Below are positions 11,901 through 24,791 of a stretch of 64,000 bases of DNA, in pieces. This stretch comes from Nemertoderma westbladi. Taxonomy: Eukaryota > Animalia > Xenacoelomorpha. The DNA is taken from positions 32,540 through 96,539 of the forward strand of contig JAUCBJ010002835.1 of the NCBI GenBank assembly GCA_032718475.1, written 5' to 3'. Position 1 is the stretch's first letter; every line of letters begins with the position of its first letter. Below the pieces are notes generated by a model that had not been told where the DNA came from, did not search any database, and was given only the letters and a program-made list of their open reading frames with translations. Both the position numbers and the translations under genes were made by a program.

Positions 11901-14900
11901 ATCGGCCTGCCAGTATGTTCCTTAAACAGACCACTGACCACTACTACTATAATCGGCCTGCCAGTACGTTTCTTAAACAGACCACTGACCACTAACTACT
12001 ATAATCGGCCTGCCAGTACGTTCCTTAAACAGACCACCACTACTATAATCGGCCTGCTAGTATGTTCCTTAAACAGACCCCTGACCACTACTACTATAAT
12101 CGGCCTGCCAGTATGTTCCTTAAACAGACCACTGACCACCACTACTATAATCGGCCTGCTAGTATGTTCCTTAAACAGACCCCTGACCACTACTACTATA
12201 ATCGGCCTGCCAGTATGTTCCTTAAACAGACCACTGACCACCACTACTATAATCGGCCTGCCAGTACGTTCCTTAAACAGACCACTGACCACCACTACTA
12301 TAATCGGCCTGCCAGTACGTTCCTTAAACAGACCCCTGACCACCACTACTATAATCGGCCTGCCAGTATGTTCCTTAAACAGACCACTGACCACTACTAC
12401 TATAATCGGCCTGCCAGTACGTTCCTTAAACAGACCACTGACCACTAACTACTATAATCGGCCTGCCAGTACGTTCCTTAAACAGACCACCACTACTATA
12501 ATCGGCCTGCTAGTATGTTCCTTAAACAGACCCCTGACCACTACTACTATAATCGGCCTGCCAGTACGTTCCTTAAACAGACCACTGACCACTACTACTA
12601 CTATAATCGGCCTGCCAGTATGTTCCTTAAACAGACCCCTGACCACTACTACTATAATCGGCCTGCCAGTATGTTCCTTAAACAGACCACTGACCACCAC
12701 TACTATAATCGGCCTACCAGTACGTTCTTCCTTAAACAGACCACTGACCACCACTACTATAATCGGCCTGCCAGTACGTTCCTTAAACAGACCCCTGACC
12801 ACTACTACTATAATCGGCCTGCCGGTATGTTCCTTAAACAGACCACTGATCACTACTACTATAATCGGCCTGCCAGTACGTTCCTTAAACAGACCCCTGA
12901 CCACTACTACTATAATCGGCCTGCCAGTATGTTCCTTAAACAGACCCCTGACCACTACTACTATAATCGGCCTGCCAGTATGTTCCTTAAACAGACCACT
13001 GACCACTACTACTATAATCGGCCTGCCAGTATGTTCCTTAAACAGACCCCTGACCACTACTACTATAACCGGCCTGCCAGTACGTTCCTTAAACAGACCA
13101 CTGACCACTAACTACTATAATCGGCCTGCCAGTGCGTTCCTTAAACAGACCACCACTACTATAATCGGCCTGCCAGTATGTTCCTTAAACAGACCCCTGA
13201 CCACTACTACTATAATCGGCCTGCCAGTATGTTCCTTAAACAGACCACTGACCACCACTACTATAATCGGCCTGCCAGTACGTTCCTTGAACAGACCCCT
13301 GACCACTACTACTATAATCGGCCTGCCAGTATGTTCCTTAAACAGACCACTGACCACTACTACTATAATCGGCCTGCCAGTATGTTCCTTAAACAGACCA
13401 CTGACCACTACTACTATAATCGGCCTGCCACTATGTTCCTTAAACAGACCACTGACCACTACTACTATAATCGGCCTGCCAGTATGTTCCTTAAACAGAC
13501 CCCTGACCACCACTACTATAATCGGCCTGCCAGTATGTTCCTTAAACAGACCACTGACCACTACTACTATAATCGGCCTGCCAGTACGTTTCTTAAACAG
13601 ACCACTGACCACTAACTACTATAATCGGCCTGCCAGTACGTTCCTTAAACAGACCACCACTACTATAATCGGCCTGCTAGTATGTTCCTTAAACAGACCC
13701 CTGACCACTACTACTATAATCGGCCTGCCAGTATGTTCCTTAAACAGACCACTGACCACCACTACTATAATCGGCCTGCTAGTATGTTCCTTAAACAGAC
13801 CCCTGACCACTACTACTATAATCGGCCTGCCAGTATGTTCCTTAAACAGACCACTGACCACCACTACTATAATCGGCCTGCCAGTACGTTCCTTAAACAG
13901 ACCACTGACCACCACTACTATAATCGGCCTGCCAGTACGTTCCTTAAACAGACCCCTGACCACCACTACTATAATCGGCCTGCCAGTATGTTCCTTAAAC
14001 AGACCACTGACCACTACTACTATAATCGGCCTGCCAGTACGTTCCTTAAACAGACCACTGACCACTAACTACTATAATCGGCCTGCCAGTACGTTCCTTA
14101 AACAGACCACCACTACTATAATCGGCCTGCTAGTATGTTCCTTAAACAGACCCCTGACCACTACTACTATAATCGGCCTGCCAGTACGTTCCTTAAACAG
14201 ACCACTGACCACTACTACTACTATAATCGGCCTGCCAGTATGTTCCTTAAACAGACCACTGACCACTACTACTACTATAATCGGCCTGCCAGTACGTTCC
14301 TTAAACAGACCACTGACCACTAACTACTATAATCGGCCTGCCAGTACGTTCCTTAAACAGACCACCACTACTATAATCGGCCTGCTAGTATGTTCCTTAA
14401 ACAGACCCCTGACCACTACTACTATATTCGGCCTGCCAGTATGTTCCTTAAACAGACCACCACTACTATAATCGGCCTGCTAGTATGTTCCTTAAACAGA
14501 CCCCTGACCACTACTACTATAATCGGCCTGCCAGTATGTTCCTTAAACAGACCACTGACCACCACTACTATAATCGGCCTGCCAGTACGTTCCTTAAACA
14601 GACCACTGACCACCACTACTATAATCGGCCTGCCAGTACGTTCCTTAAACAGACCCCTGACCACCACTACTATAATCGGCCTGCCAGTATGTTCCTTAAA
14701 CAGACCACTGACCACTACTACTATAATCGGCCTGCCAGTACGTTCCTTAAACAGACCACTGACCACTAACTACTATAATCGGCCTGCCAGTACGTTCCTT
14801 AAACAGACCACCACTACTATAATCGGCCTGCTAGTATGTTCCTTAAACAGACCCCTGACCACTACTACTATAATCGGCCTGCCAGTACGTTCCTTAAACA

Positions 14901-16586
14901 GACCACTGACCACTACTACTACTATAATCGGCCTGCCAGTATGTTCCTTAAACAGACCACTGACCACTACTACTAATATAATCGGCCTGCCAGTATGTTC
15001 CTTAAACAGACCACTGACCACTACTACTACTATAATCGGCCTGCCAGTATGTTCCTTAAACAGACCACTGACCACTACTACTACTATAATCGGCCTGCCA
15101 GTAAACTGACCACTACTACTACTATAATCGGCCTGCCAGTATCTTCCTTAAACAGACAACTACTACTATAATCGGCCTGTCAGTACGTTCCTTAAACAGA
15201 CCACTGACAACTACTACTACTATAATCGGCCTGCCAGTATGTTCCTTAAACAGACCACTGACCACTACTACTATAATCGGCCTGCCAGTACGTTCCTTAA
15301 ACAGACCACTGACCACTAACTACTATAATCGGCCTGCCAGTACGTTCCTTAAACAGACCACTAACTACTATAATCGGCCTGCCAGAATGTTCCTTAAACA
15401 GACCACTGACCACTACTACTACTATAATCGGCCTGCCAGTATGTTCCTTAAACAGACCACTGAACACTACTACTACAGTACTATAATCGGCCTGCCAGTA
15501 TGTTCCTTAAACAGACGCCTGACCACTACTACTATAATCGGCCTGTCAGTATGTTCCTTAAACAGACCACTACCCACTACTACTACTATAATCGGCCTGC
15601 CAGTATGTTCCTTAAACAGACCACTGACCACCACTACTATAATCGGCCTGCCAGTATGTTCCTTAAACAGACCATTGACCACCACTACTATAATCGGCCT
15701 GCCAGAATGTTCCTTAAACAGACCACTGACCACTACTACTACTATAATCGGCCTGCCAGTATGTTCCTTAAACAGACCACTGAACACTACTACTACAGTA
15801 CTATAATCGGCCTGCCAGTATGTTCCTTAAACAGACCCCTGACCACTACTAGTATAATCGGCCTGTCAGTATGTTCCTTAAACAGACCACTACCCACTAC
15901 TACTACTATAATCGGCCTGCCAGTATGTTCCTTAAACAGACCACTGACCACTACTACTATAATCGGCCTGCCAGTACGTTCCTTAAACAGACCACTGACC
16001 ACTAACTACTATAATCGGCCTGCCAGTACGTTCCTTAAACAGACCACTAACTACTATAATCGGCCTGCCAGAATGTTCCTTAAACAGACCACTGACCACT
16101 ACTACTACTATAATCGGCCTGTCAGTATGTTCCTTAAACAGACCACTACCCACTACTACTACTATAATCGGCCTGCCAGTATGTTCCTTAAACAGACCAC
16201 TGACCACCACTACTATAATCGGCCTGCCAGTATGTTCCTTAAACAGACCATTGACCACCACTACTATAATCGGCCTGCCAGTACGTTCCTTAAACAGACC
16301 CCTGACCACTACTACTATAATCGGCCTGCCTGTATGTTCCTTAAACAGACCACTGACCACTACTACTACTATAATCGGCCTGTCAGTATGTTCCTTAAAC
16401 AGACCACTGACCACTACTACTACTATAATCGGCCTGCCAGTATGTTCCTTAAACAGACCACTGACCACTACTACTACTATAATCGGCCTGCCAGTATGTT
16501 CCTTAAACAGACCACTGACCACTGCTACTACTATAATCGGCCTGCCAGTATCTTCCTTAAACAGACCACTGACCACTACTACTACT
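5934..16586. repeat. Satellite array, ~51-bp monomer, roughly 200 copies
   Basis: Consensus TATAATCGGCCTGCCAGTAYGTTCCTTAAACAGACCMCTGACCACTACTAC, with variable CTA triplet number and shortened variants. Confidence 0.98.
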
Positions 16587-16622
16587 GTCGGCGTGCTGCA
16601 TTTCAGCTGCAGTACCGATACC

Positions 16623-17696
16623 CAGGGCTCCCACCACTGCGTTATTTTAACGCGTCGCGCTATTTCCAAAATTTTGCGTCATTCAACTATTATTGAGCAA
16701 AAACCATGAAAATTGCGTTATTTTAAGATTTTCCATTTAATAGACATGAAATTTATAAACCTTGTAAGTTGTAACTGAAATTAAGCTGTGGCGGTATAAT
16801 AAATTATTGTATAAGTTGCATGTGTACCTGTTCATTCTGAAGGAAACATGCAAAGCGACCTTGGATTTGGACACCCCCCCCCCCCCCCCCCCCCCACCCA
16901 TAATTAGAAAACCAGGATTGATTGAATTTCACATTTAAAAACATTAACATTTCAATAGACTAGGCCCTACAGGTGTCAAGTCGATGCACAATATCCATTA
17001 CTCACTACCCCCCACCCCTCCACCTATACCAATGCATTTGCTGAATAATATAATATTTAGCTTTTATGGGAGCTTAAGTGAAGAGGAGTAACTACAATTT
17101 AATTTAGCGACTCCAAACGTTTGTAATTATTTTTTGTCCCAAAGGCAATACAAAATACTGCACCTTATCGAACAATTTTTCAATCTGTGTTTTATTCAGT
17201 GTAATTTTTTTTATGAATCGGTTCAAATCATTATTATGTATGTATATCCAGTGCCATAAAGCAATGTTGGCTGAAATTGAGCTTCGGCCATTTTATACAC
17301 AATAATGCTCAAAAAGCGCCGTTTTTTGTGTTTTCAGTCAGAATTGTTTAAGAAATAGAAATAGATTCTGAGAAAAATGGGTTTAACGATTAAGGAAAAA
17401 TACAGATAATAGGATCTTTCATGTTTCGACAATAACTTTTAGCAATTTTATTCATATCTTTTTTACTTTGGGAGCCTTTCTGATGAAATGGCCTTAAACA
17501 ATTGAAAAATGCTTGTAGATTTTAAATTTCCATTAAATTCGGCACAGGATATGATCATAAAAAATTTTAACATTTTCTAAATACGGGGCCCGATCCCCCC
17601 CCCCCCCCTCCCATCCACCCCCCTCTCTCTTAAAATACGCTGCGTTATTTTGAACCCTCTGCGTTTTTATTTTGTTGAGCACTGGTGGGAGCCCTG
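16623..17696. mobile_element. hAT-type MITE
   Basis: TIR CAGGGCTCCCACCA/TGGTGGGAGCCCTG; 8-bp TSD CCGATACC (16615-16622, 17697-17704). Confidence 0.9.
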
Positions 17697-18417
17697 CCGA
17701 TACCCTACCCCTAATGAACATGAAATTTACGAACTTTTCAAAAAAAAAATGTTATCTTTTTTAGTTTGATAGAAGGGCTTTCACCTTCACGGGTGACATT
17801 TATTCTCACCTTGAATAAATTTTCACCACATAACAGCACTTTTCAACAACAGAACTCATGGATGATTTACTGTATTCATTATTCTCTGCTTAAAACAACT
17901 TTTTTCTCAGTTTGTTGATTCGACGTTTTTCATCACTAAATTCCCTAATACTTTTTTATTTTTCACTCAATTTTTATCAAACATATACCAAAATGTTCAG
18001 TAGCTTTAGGGCTACAATAAAGATTATTGGCTTTGTGAAAGATGGCAATTTGGCCATCTAGAACCGATTTTGTAACTGCTAGCTACTCTTTGACTATCTC
18101 AAAGTCAAAATATGCGATCCAAGAAATATATTCCGAATATACTAAAGCCCCATAAATTTTACAAAAATAATAATTTTATGTTGAAATTTTCATAAAAAAT
18201 TGCCTAGATATCTTGGCTGACATACATCTGACCATCACCATACATACTGTAATACCAATATCAGTGGCTGTGGAACAGTACAAGTTCAGTCATCAGTCAG
18301 TCAGTAGGCTAGGCCTACAGGCAAGGCGTTCTTTACTAATCGTAACTAACTCTATTCGTACATTAACTTCTTTAACCTCTGCTGTTAGTCATTATAATGT
18401 GATAGAGCGTCAACGAG

Positions 18418-19434
18418 TTGGATTATGTCTTCGCATTTTTTTGCGAAGAAACAATTGCAGTGTTTGAGTCATCGACATCTGTTGCTTTAAGTAAAGTTCA
18501 AGAAACTGTAGAATTTCTGAAAATTGTTGTGCGATTTTGGCGAATTGTAAACGTCCGTACTGTTGATGAAGATATTCGCACTCGAGATGAAATACGTGCT
18601 GTTATCCGTTGTGAGTCTGATTCGCGTTTGCCAACTCTGTTAGATGTTGCGGATATGGCTGACTCTATGACGAACCCAGGGAAAGCCAATGAACGAGTTC
18701 GATGTCTTACTATGGACACTGGTAACGCGTTGTCTCACACTTGCCGTGGACTTGTTGAATTAGTTCGCAAACGCCTCTGTACTGCAGAATTTGTCATGAT
18801 TGGTGACCATAATAGCGATGATGTGGATAGTACTTTTGGGATGTTGCGTCAAGGTTCTGGGGGAACATATTTTATAAATTGCCAACAGACTCTTGAGAAA
18901 TATAGCATTTTGGTTACAAAGCTTTTTCTTGAGTTAGGCAATGAAATTGAAGGAACTGTGGCCCATGACTGTGACCATTGTCTATCTGAATTATGTGAGG
19001 ATGAGTTTGATATGATTGACAACTTAGAAAATCTAGAAGACTCTCTCTCTCTCGATCAAAAGCAAGCTATCGTTTATATTGCAGGATATATTACTCCAAA
19101 TTATATAAACGGAACTCATGAAATGCAATACTATCTAAAATACGGATCGTATCTAAACAGATTGAATCGGGGAGGTCTCAAGAAACCTGACGACAATACA
19201 TGTAGGTTTGCGTTTTTCTGCTACATATTGTTCGTCAATTTTAAAACCCATTTTTGCCGCAAATCCATCCTCACTGTCTTTATGTATATATCCTCACTTT
19301 ATGATTTGAACATAATTGTTCAATCTGCTCGAAAACTAGTCAACATATTCATTAATAATGATTGTTTTCTAAAAACTCCTCGTTCTAGTAAGGAAAGTGC
19401 TCAAAAGAAGATCAAATTATCTGATTCATACTAA
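18418..19434 (+). mobile_element. 5'-truncated P-element/THAP9-like transposase (C-terminal part)
   Basis: SDDVDSTFGMLRQGSGG resembles the P-element QDxLExxFGxxRQxxG motif; also YIAGYI and LNRGGLKKP. ORF starts at TTG with no THAP or N-terminal part. Confidence 0.75.
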
Positions 19435-20082
19435 TCAAATTTGTGCCTAATTTTAAACAAAATAAAATACGTTAATTTTTTTGTGCTATTTACTATCTAC
19501 TTATCTTAGCTTTGAATTTTGGCAAACACTCTTTCTTTAGTCATTATATTGCATTATTAAATCATTAGGCTATAACAGTAGCCATTATAGCATATAGTCA
19601 TTCGTTTACATTGGAGCAAGTTGGGGGCAGTGTGAAATAAACGTGACTAGTATATGCAACGCAGTACTCGTCTTCATTACAAGCCTCGTTGCGCTCGTCC
19701 GTTTTTTCTGATATTTTTTCCTTAAACATTCACGGACTGCTGTTATAAATATGCAAAGTCTAGAAACACTGGGTGTCAGGTGGTTAAGGATTAGTAAACT
19801 TATTACTCGTTTCCCATTGTAAGCCTCGTTGTGCTCGGCCCGGTTTTGTCTGAAAATTGTTTTCCTCAACGTTTATTGAATAGATTTAGAATAGATTTAT
19901 AGAATAGATAGTATGAACAGGCGTTCCAAAACATATAATGCAAGTATTATAGTCAGCCTCCAGTCAGCCTCCAGTCCTGCACGGTTGCATGGCCTTTAGT
20001 AAAGAACGCCTTGCCTACAGGTAATGTAAAACAAACTGGTAGATCAGTACCGTACAGCGCAGTTAGTACTGTAGTAGGCCTA

Positions 20083-21648
20083 ATGGAATCTTTACCATTA
20101 CCACACGACTCAACAACTGTTGGTGTCATTAACAAGGAAACCATGGAAACAGAGGATGATTTCTTCGAGAAGGACTCCCTCTCAGCCGAATCCCCTGGTC
20201 TCCTAAATGAGGTGAATGACCAAATATCGTGGATAGGCCTAGTTCCCGAACTGTCTGGCACACTAGATTGCTCAGCAACCGCCAGCGACACCGGTACTGG
20301 TTGCACAGCCGCGGCTGCCGCCATCAGTTCCAGTCGGAAGAGGTGGCGAAAAACCACAGAGAAACTCAAGTTCGAGCGGAATCCTAAAATCCGACGTCGC
20401 GCAGCTACAGTCTACCTGCGGCGAATAACAGAACAGATAGCGGGACTAGCTGCGGTGTGCGGCACACAATGCGCTCTGGTTGTAGCGCAACCAAACAGTG
20501 CAGCAATGAGTTCGCTAAACCTCCCAGCAATCAAAGTAATAGGAACGAAACCCCTGGATGATGTCATCCGAGCCAGTGAACTCACCCTATTGGATGAGCT
20601 GGAATCCTCGCTTCATCGATTGGGACAACCCGATGCAGTTATCAACAAATCAGCGGGGTTCATTGATCTCTTCCCCACGGATCTTCCAGTAACCCTTCCT
20701 CCATTACACATCGACGGGATCCCAGTGTCCGTAGACCAGATGACACAGGCCCAACTACGTCGGTTCATCCCTCTGATGCTACAATGTGTAACAAAGAGGG
20801 TCCAACCTGGTTGGAATAAACCCACGTTTAAACCAGACTGGTGGCCAACCTGCCTTCCATGGGGTAATGTTAAGTCGGACTTGCGAACTGCCGCAGAGAA
20901 AATGGGTCGCAGTTACACAGAGGTCCTTCGTCAAGTTGTTATTAACTGCTATGAGTGCCATGGGAAAGCGGCATATTTGCACAGAGAACATGGACAGGCA
21001 GCATCTGTCCGCAGAGACCACGGGAAGTCGCCATATCTTCACAGAGAACAGTCGAGATCCACAACGGATAATACAGATGCGGACCCACTAGTCGACTTGG
21101 ATCACTCCTCATCAGGGCTGGGCCCATTACCGACTCACCATGTGTTTAACCCAAACAGGGATGGCACGTTGTCTCTGGTTAATGCATCCACAGGACAGAT
21201 TGTCCTGACCATCTCTGGGAACGTCCGGGACAGAATTAGTCCGGAACTCATTAATACAGACCTTGGGGTGGCATTGCTGCAGGGTATTCTGGAACCTACC
21301 AGATCAGACGCTGACATTGTCGATCCTGGAAGATCAGCTGCTGACCTTCTAGAACCCAGCAGATCGGCTGTGGAACATCTAGAATCTGGCGGATCGACTA
21401 CAGACCTTCTAGAAACTGGCAGGCTAGCTATGGACCTTCTAGAACCCAGCAGGTCGGCTGTGGAACATCTAGAACATGGCAGATCAGCCACAGATCTTCT
21501 TGATCCTGACAGATTGGCTGCGGATCATTGCAGATCAGCTGCAGATCTTCTAGATCCGAACAGGTCGTCTACAGGTCTTCTGGAACCTGGTAGGTCAGCC
21601 ATGGACCTTCTAGTAGAACCAGACAGAAGCATGTTCCACTTCACATAG
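20083..21648 (+). CDS. NRF1: Divergent NRF1/Erect wing (EWG/P3A2) family transcription factor, single exon
   Basis: LPPLHIDGIPVSVDQMTQAQLRRFIPLML, PGW..KPDWWP..LPWGNVKSDLR and FERNPKIRRR match the NRF1 DNA-binding domain. First ATG at 20083 (track start 20011 is TTG). Confidence 0.85.
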   Translation: MESLPLPHDSTTVGVINKETMETEDDFFEKDSLSAESPGLLNEVNDQISWIGLVPELSGTLDCSATASDTGTGCTAAAAAISSSRKRWRKTTEKLKFERNPKIRRRAATVYLRRITEQIAGLAAVCGTQCALVVAQPNSAAMSSLNLPAIKVIGTKPLDDVIRASELTLLDELESSLHRLGQPDAVINKSAGFIDLFPTDLPVTLPPLHIDGIPVSVDQMTQAQLRRFIPLMLQCVTKRVQPGWNKPTFKPDWWPTCLPWGNVKSDLRTAAEKMGRSYTEVLRQVVINCYECHGKAAYLHREHGQAASVRRDHGKSPYLHREQSRSTTDNTDADPLVDLDHSSSGLGPLPTHHVFNPNRDGTLSLVNASTGQIVLTISGNVRDRISPELINTDLGVALLQGILEPTRSDADIVDPGRSAADLLEPSRSAVEHLESGGSTTDLLETGRLAMDLLEPSRSAVEHLEHGRSATDLLDPDRLAADHCRSAADLLDPNRSSTGLLEPGRSAMDLLVEPDRSMFHFT

Positions 21649-22449
21649 GCCAAAATGTAATATTCTTTGTGGCATTTTCTATGTCCAAATATTATACAGT
21701 CGAGGTCCTAATGATTCTGAAAACCAGAAATGTATATTATAACTACCGGTACCTCAAAACTTGAACATAAATTTTTCAGTTAGATCACTTAAAAGGTTTT
21801 TTCATGTCATGGCCACGCGTAACATTTTGCAATATTTATATATTTGCATTTTATCGTATATGAGTTTCATTTTGCCTTCATTGCTTCATTGAATCAGTCA
21901 ATTTAGTATGGGTAAAAAAGGGTTTATGGATTTCGAAGCTGGGTAAACATCATTAAACCGCCCTTTAGCTTTAACACAAATTAGGTATGAAAATATTGGA
22001 TGAAATTCCAAGACAGCTTCAAGCATGAACTTGCCCAAGAAAGACAAATCACATATCTAAGAAATCTTTGGAGTCATGTCGTTTCAGGTAATATTTCAAG
22101 TTCATGTCTACTGTCTCCTCAAATATGTGTCTGTTTTCATGGTGTTTACAACATCCACTAAATCACTATTAGGGTGGAAATAAGTTTAAAATTAAACTTG
22201 TATGACGACCTGCAGTGGAACTCTGGAACAATGAAAAATAATCTTATTTGCGAAATGTTACAAGCCATATCTGCCTTAATTTTCATTATGGCAATGCCTT
22301 AAAGCATTAATCAATACTTAATGCATATCTCAGGAATTCATTTGCAATATTTGGTGTCATATATTTTCTTGATCCAAATCAGCAACAGCGATTTCATTAC
22401 ATTTAATTTCTGAGGACATTTTTCACTTCTTCACAGATAATGAAATCTA

Positions 22450-22860
22450 GTTTGTCTGTATGTCGGTCTTTCTGACTATCCGACTATCTGTCTGTCAAAT
22501 AGAGAAGGACACACCATCTAGCTAAATGTTTAACTATAGGGAGTTTCCTGGTCGCAGAATTCATTTCGAGTGTCAGTTTTAAAATTTTGATGACTTCCGT
22601 CTGTTTGGCTGTCAGATTGTCGGTTATATTTTGACGGCCAGACTGGCAGGCATACAGACAGAAACACCGAGGCCAAAATTGAAGAATGATATCAGAAATG
22701 AAGTCACCGACCACGAAAACCTATATAGGGAATTTTTTAGACAGATAGAATGCTTTTTATTGATGGGCAGACATACAGGCGGACAAACCGACAGTGGAAC
22801 GGACAGACAGCCATATCTCGAGAAGTAAGACAGATCATGCTGAACGATTTTCAAATTTGG
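22450..22860. mobile_element. Degenerate dispersed repeat with GTCT/CAGA microsatellite blocks (DINE/HINE-like relic)
   Basis: Repeated GTCTGT and CAGACAG runs; the block GGACAGACAGCCATATCTCGAGAA resembles, reversed, the satellite's left flank. Confidence 0.45.
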
Positions 22861-23289
22861 AAACTTGATAAAAATCCACTCTAGGTGAAATAGAAAAAAG
22901 CCCCCCCCCCCCCCCCCTCCCTCTCTCTCTCTCTTAATACGCTACCGGTATAATTAAATTTTACTCTCCAAGGTTTACTCTACAACGGGTGTTAATAATA
23001 TATTATAATATAATAATATTATATATTAAATGGACGCGCTCCCTGGTATGGTTTGGATAAGATGTGATAATTCGTAGAGGAACCATTAGTCTTATATCCA
23101 AGGCTGTTTGTTACATTCCTTTTTTCTTTGCCTGCATGTTTCTTTGTTTAATGCAATATGATGTAGTGCAAGCAGACCCGGAAACAAAGTTACGTATTGA
23201 AAAGTTACATATTTGCGTGCCATATCCAAGATTGACACGCATAACGTTCTGGTACATGTACTATAATTGGATTAGGTTTCCTCAATAAG

Positions 23290-23665
23290 ATCCAGAAGGA
23301 CTGATTCCATAGTGCAGCCACAGGCTCCACGCTCCACTGTAAAGTCAAACTTTTAAGAAGGTCCTCAACCAGTCTGATTTTCACTGTCAGTGCAAGGAGT
23401 TTGGTCTTCTTGTAATAATAAAATACCATAAAAAGCTCCCACCAATGTATCAGAAAACCTCCATGTCATCAGCAAAAGCAATGTCGAAATCAGTAACATA
23501 ATTTTATGGTGTGATCCATGACTTCACCGACATTGAGGGTACTCCACCCTATTCTTATCCTTACGGATGATCTTCATTATTATTAACTAAAAGGTAATTA
23601 TTATGGTAATTAAGAGAAATTGAGGTGTGTCCCCCTGATAGACACCCTGCAGAACTTTAAATGAG
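23290..23665 (-). pseudogene. Decayed RTE-like reverse transcriptase fragment
   Basis: Minus strand gives QGVYQG-like and FADD motifs, broken by stops and frameshifts. Confidence 0.55.
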
Positions 23666-23851
23666 TGTCTCTCAGTGCAAGTTAATATCATCACGTGCAT
23701 GCACGTGACGATAAATATGAATATTATTTATAATCATATAATTTGGAGATGGTTGGTTCTCTTTACTTGTATTTTAATTTAAGTAGTTCTCTCTTTACAC
23801 GCAGAATTCATGGATTAGGACTCTGGATTAGGACTTTTTGAACCTAATTTC

Positions 23852-24126
23852 GCCCATGTGAAGAATACCATGATTTCACTTTTCGGTCGACTTTTTATTG
23901 GAATTTTAAATATGAAGATTTTTCATTTTTTTTTATTTATATTTATTAAGTGTTTTATAGCGCTTATTACTGTCTTATATCCTTTACATATACTAATTCG
24001 TTTATTGTTTTGGTTAGATTCAGCCCTTCTGTAACCTGTGTTTTTGGTGAAAACCTGGTATTCTTCACATGGGGGTAACTGCAAAGTGAAATATAACGGC
24101 AGAATGTCTGTATTCTTCACATGGGC
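23852..24126. mobile_element. ~275-bp MITE; second truncated copy at ~24870-25142
   Basis: TIR GCCCATGTGAAGAATAC/GTATTCTTCACATGGGC; highly similar copy about 1 kb downstream. Confidence 0.75.
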
Positions 24127-24791
24127 CCCAACTTTGGTACTTGGCTATATTTGTTCCAATTAACCCTACTGTATATTATATTAACCGTAATATAGTAATA
24201 GTCATCGGAATGCGATTAATCATTAAATATGATTCGTATATTTCACAATACTATGAAATGAACTCTAGACCGCTGCTCACTCACAGTCACAATTACTCCG
24301 AAGTCAGTTATTATAATTTATTTTGTATAAAGCGGCATTGGCCAGTGAAAAGAGTAAATTTTCTTGAATATGGAATAAATTATATACTAAAAAAGAAAAA
24401 TTGCTTTGAAGAAAATTGCTGGAAAGTTTCAATATTTAAGAAGAATTAGCTTCTTTCCTGCCTCAACTGTAAGTATTTGGTGTAGTTTCTTCTGTTTGAT
24501 TTATATCCTGAAGATGGCCCTAGTGGCAGAATTTAATTGATAATAAAGAACTTGTTTTCTCATTTAATCACCAGGGCAGAAATAACTCCAAAAACATAGT
24601 CTATATTTCCTGTTCACCGGATATAGGCTTACCCTACATACATTATACATACACATTGTAACTTTCCAGCAATTAGTTTTTTACCCAATGTCTTTACGGA
24701 AATTCGGAAAATTCACTCGGCCCACAAACTGGTCACAGTCGCTTTATACAAAAAAAAAATGTAATACAAGAATAGTGCCAATGATTATGCA

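Noticed and set aside
5934-16586. CRISPR-like array
   Set aside because: No unique spacers, no cas genes, eukaryotic context.
5818-16709. Dozens of long repetitive ORFs on both strands (NRPASMFLKQTTDHYYY, IIGLPVCSLNRPLTTTT, GLFKEHTGRPIIVVVV)
   Set aside because: The 51-bp monomer is 17 codons and stop-free in three frames; frequent frameshifting variants and no unique N- or C-terminal domain point to an artefact.
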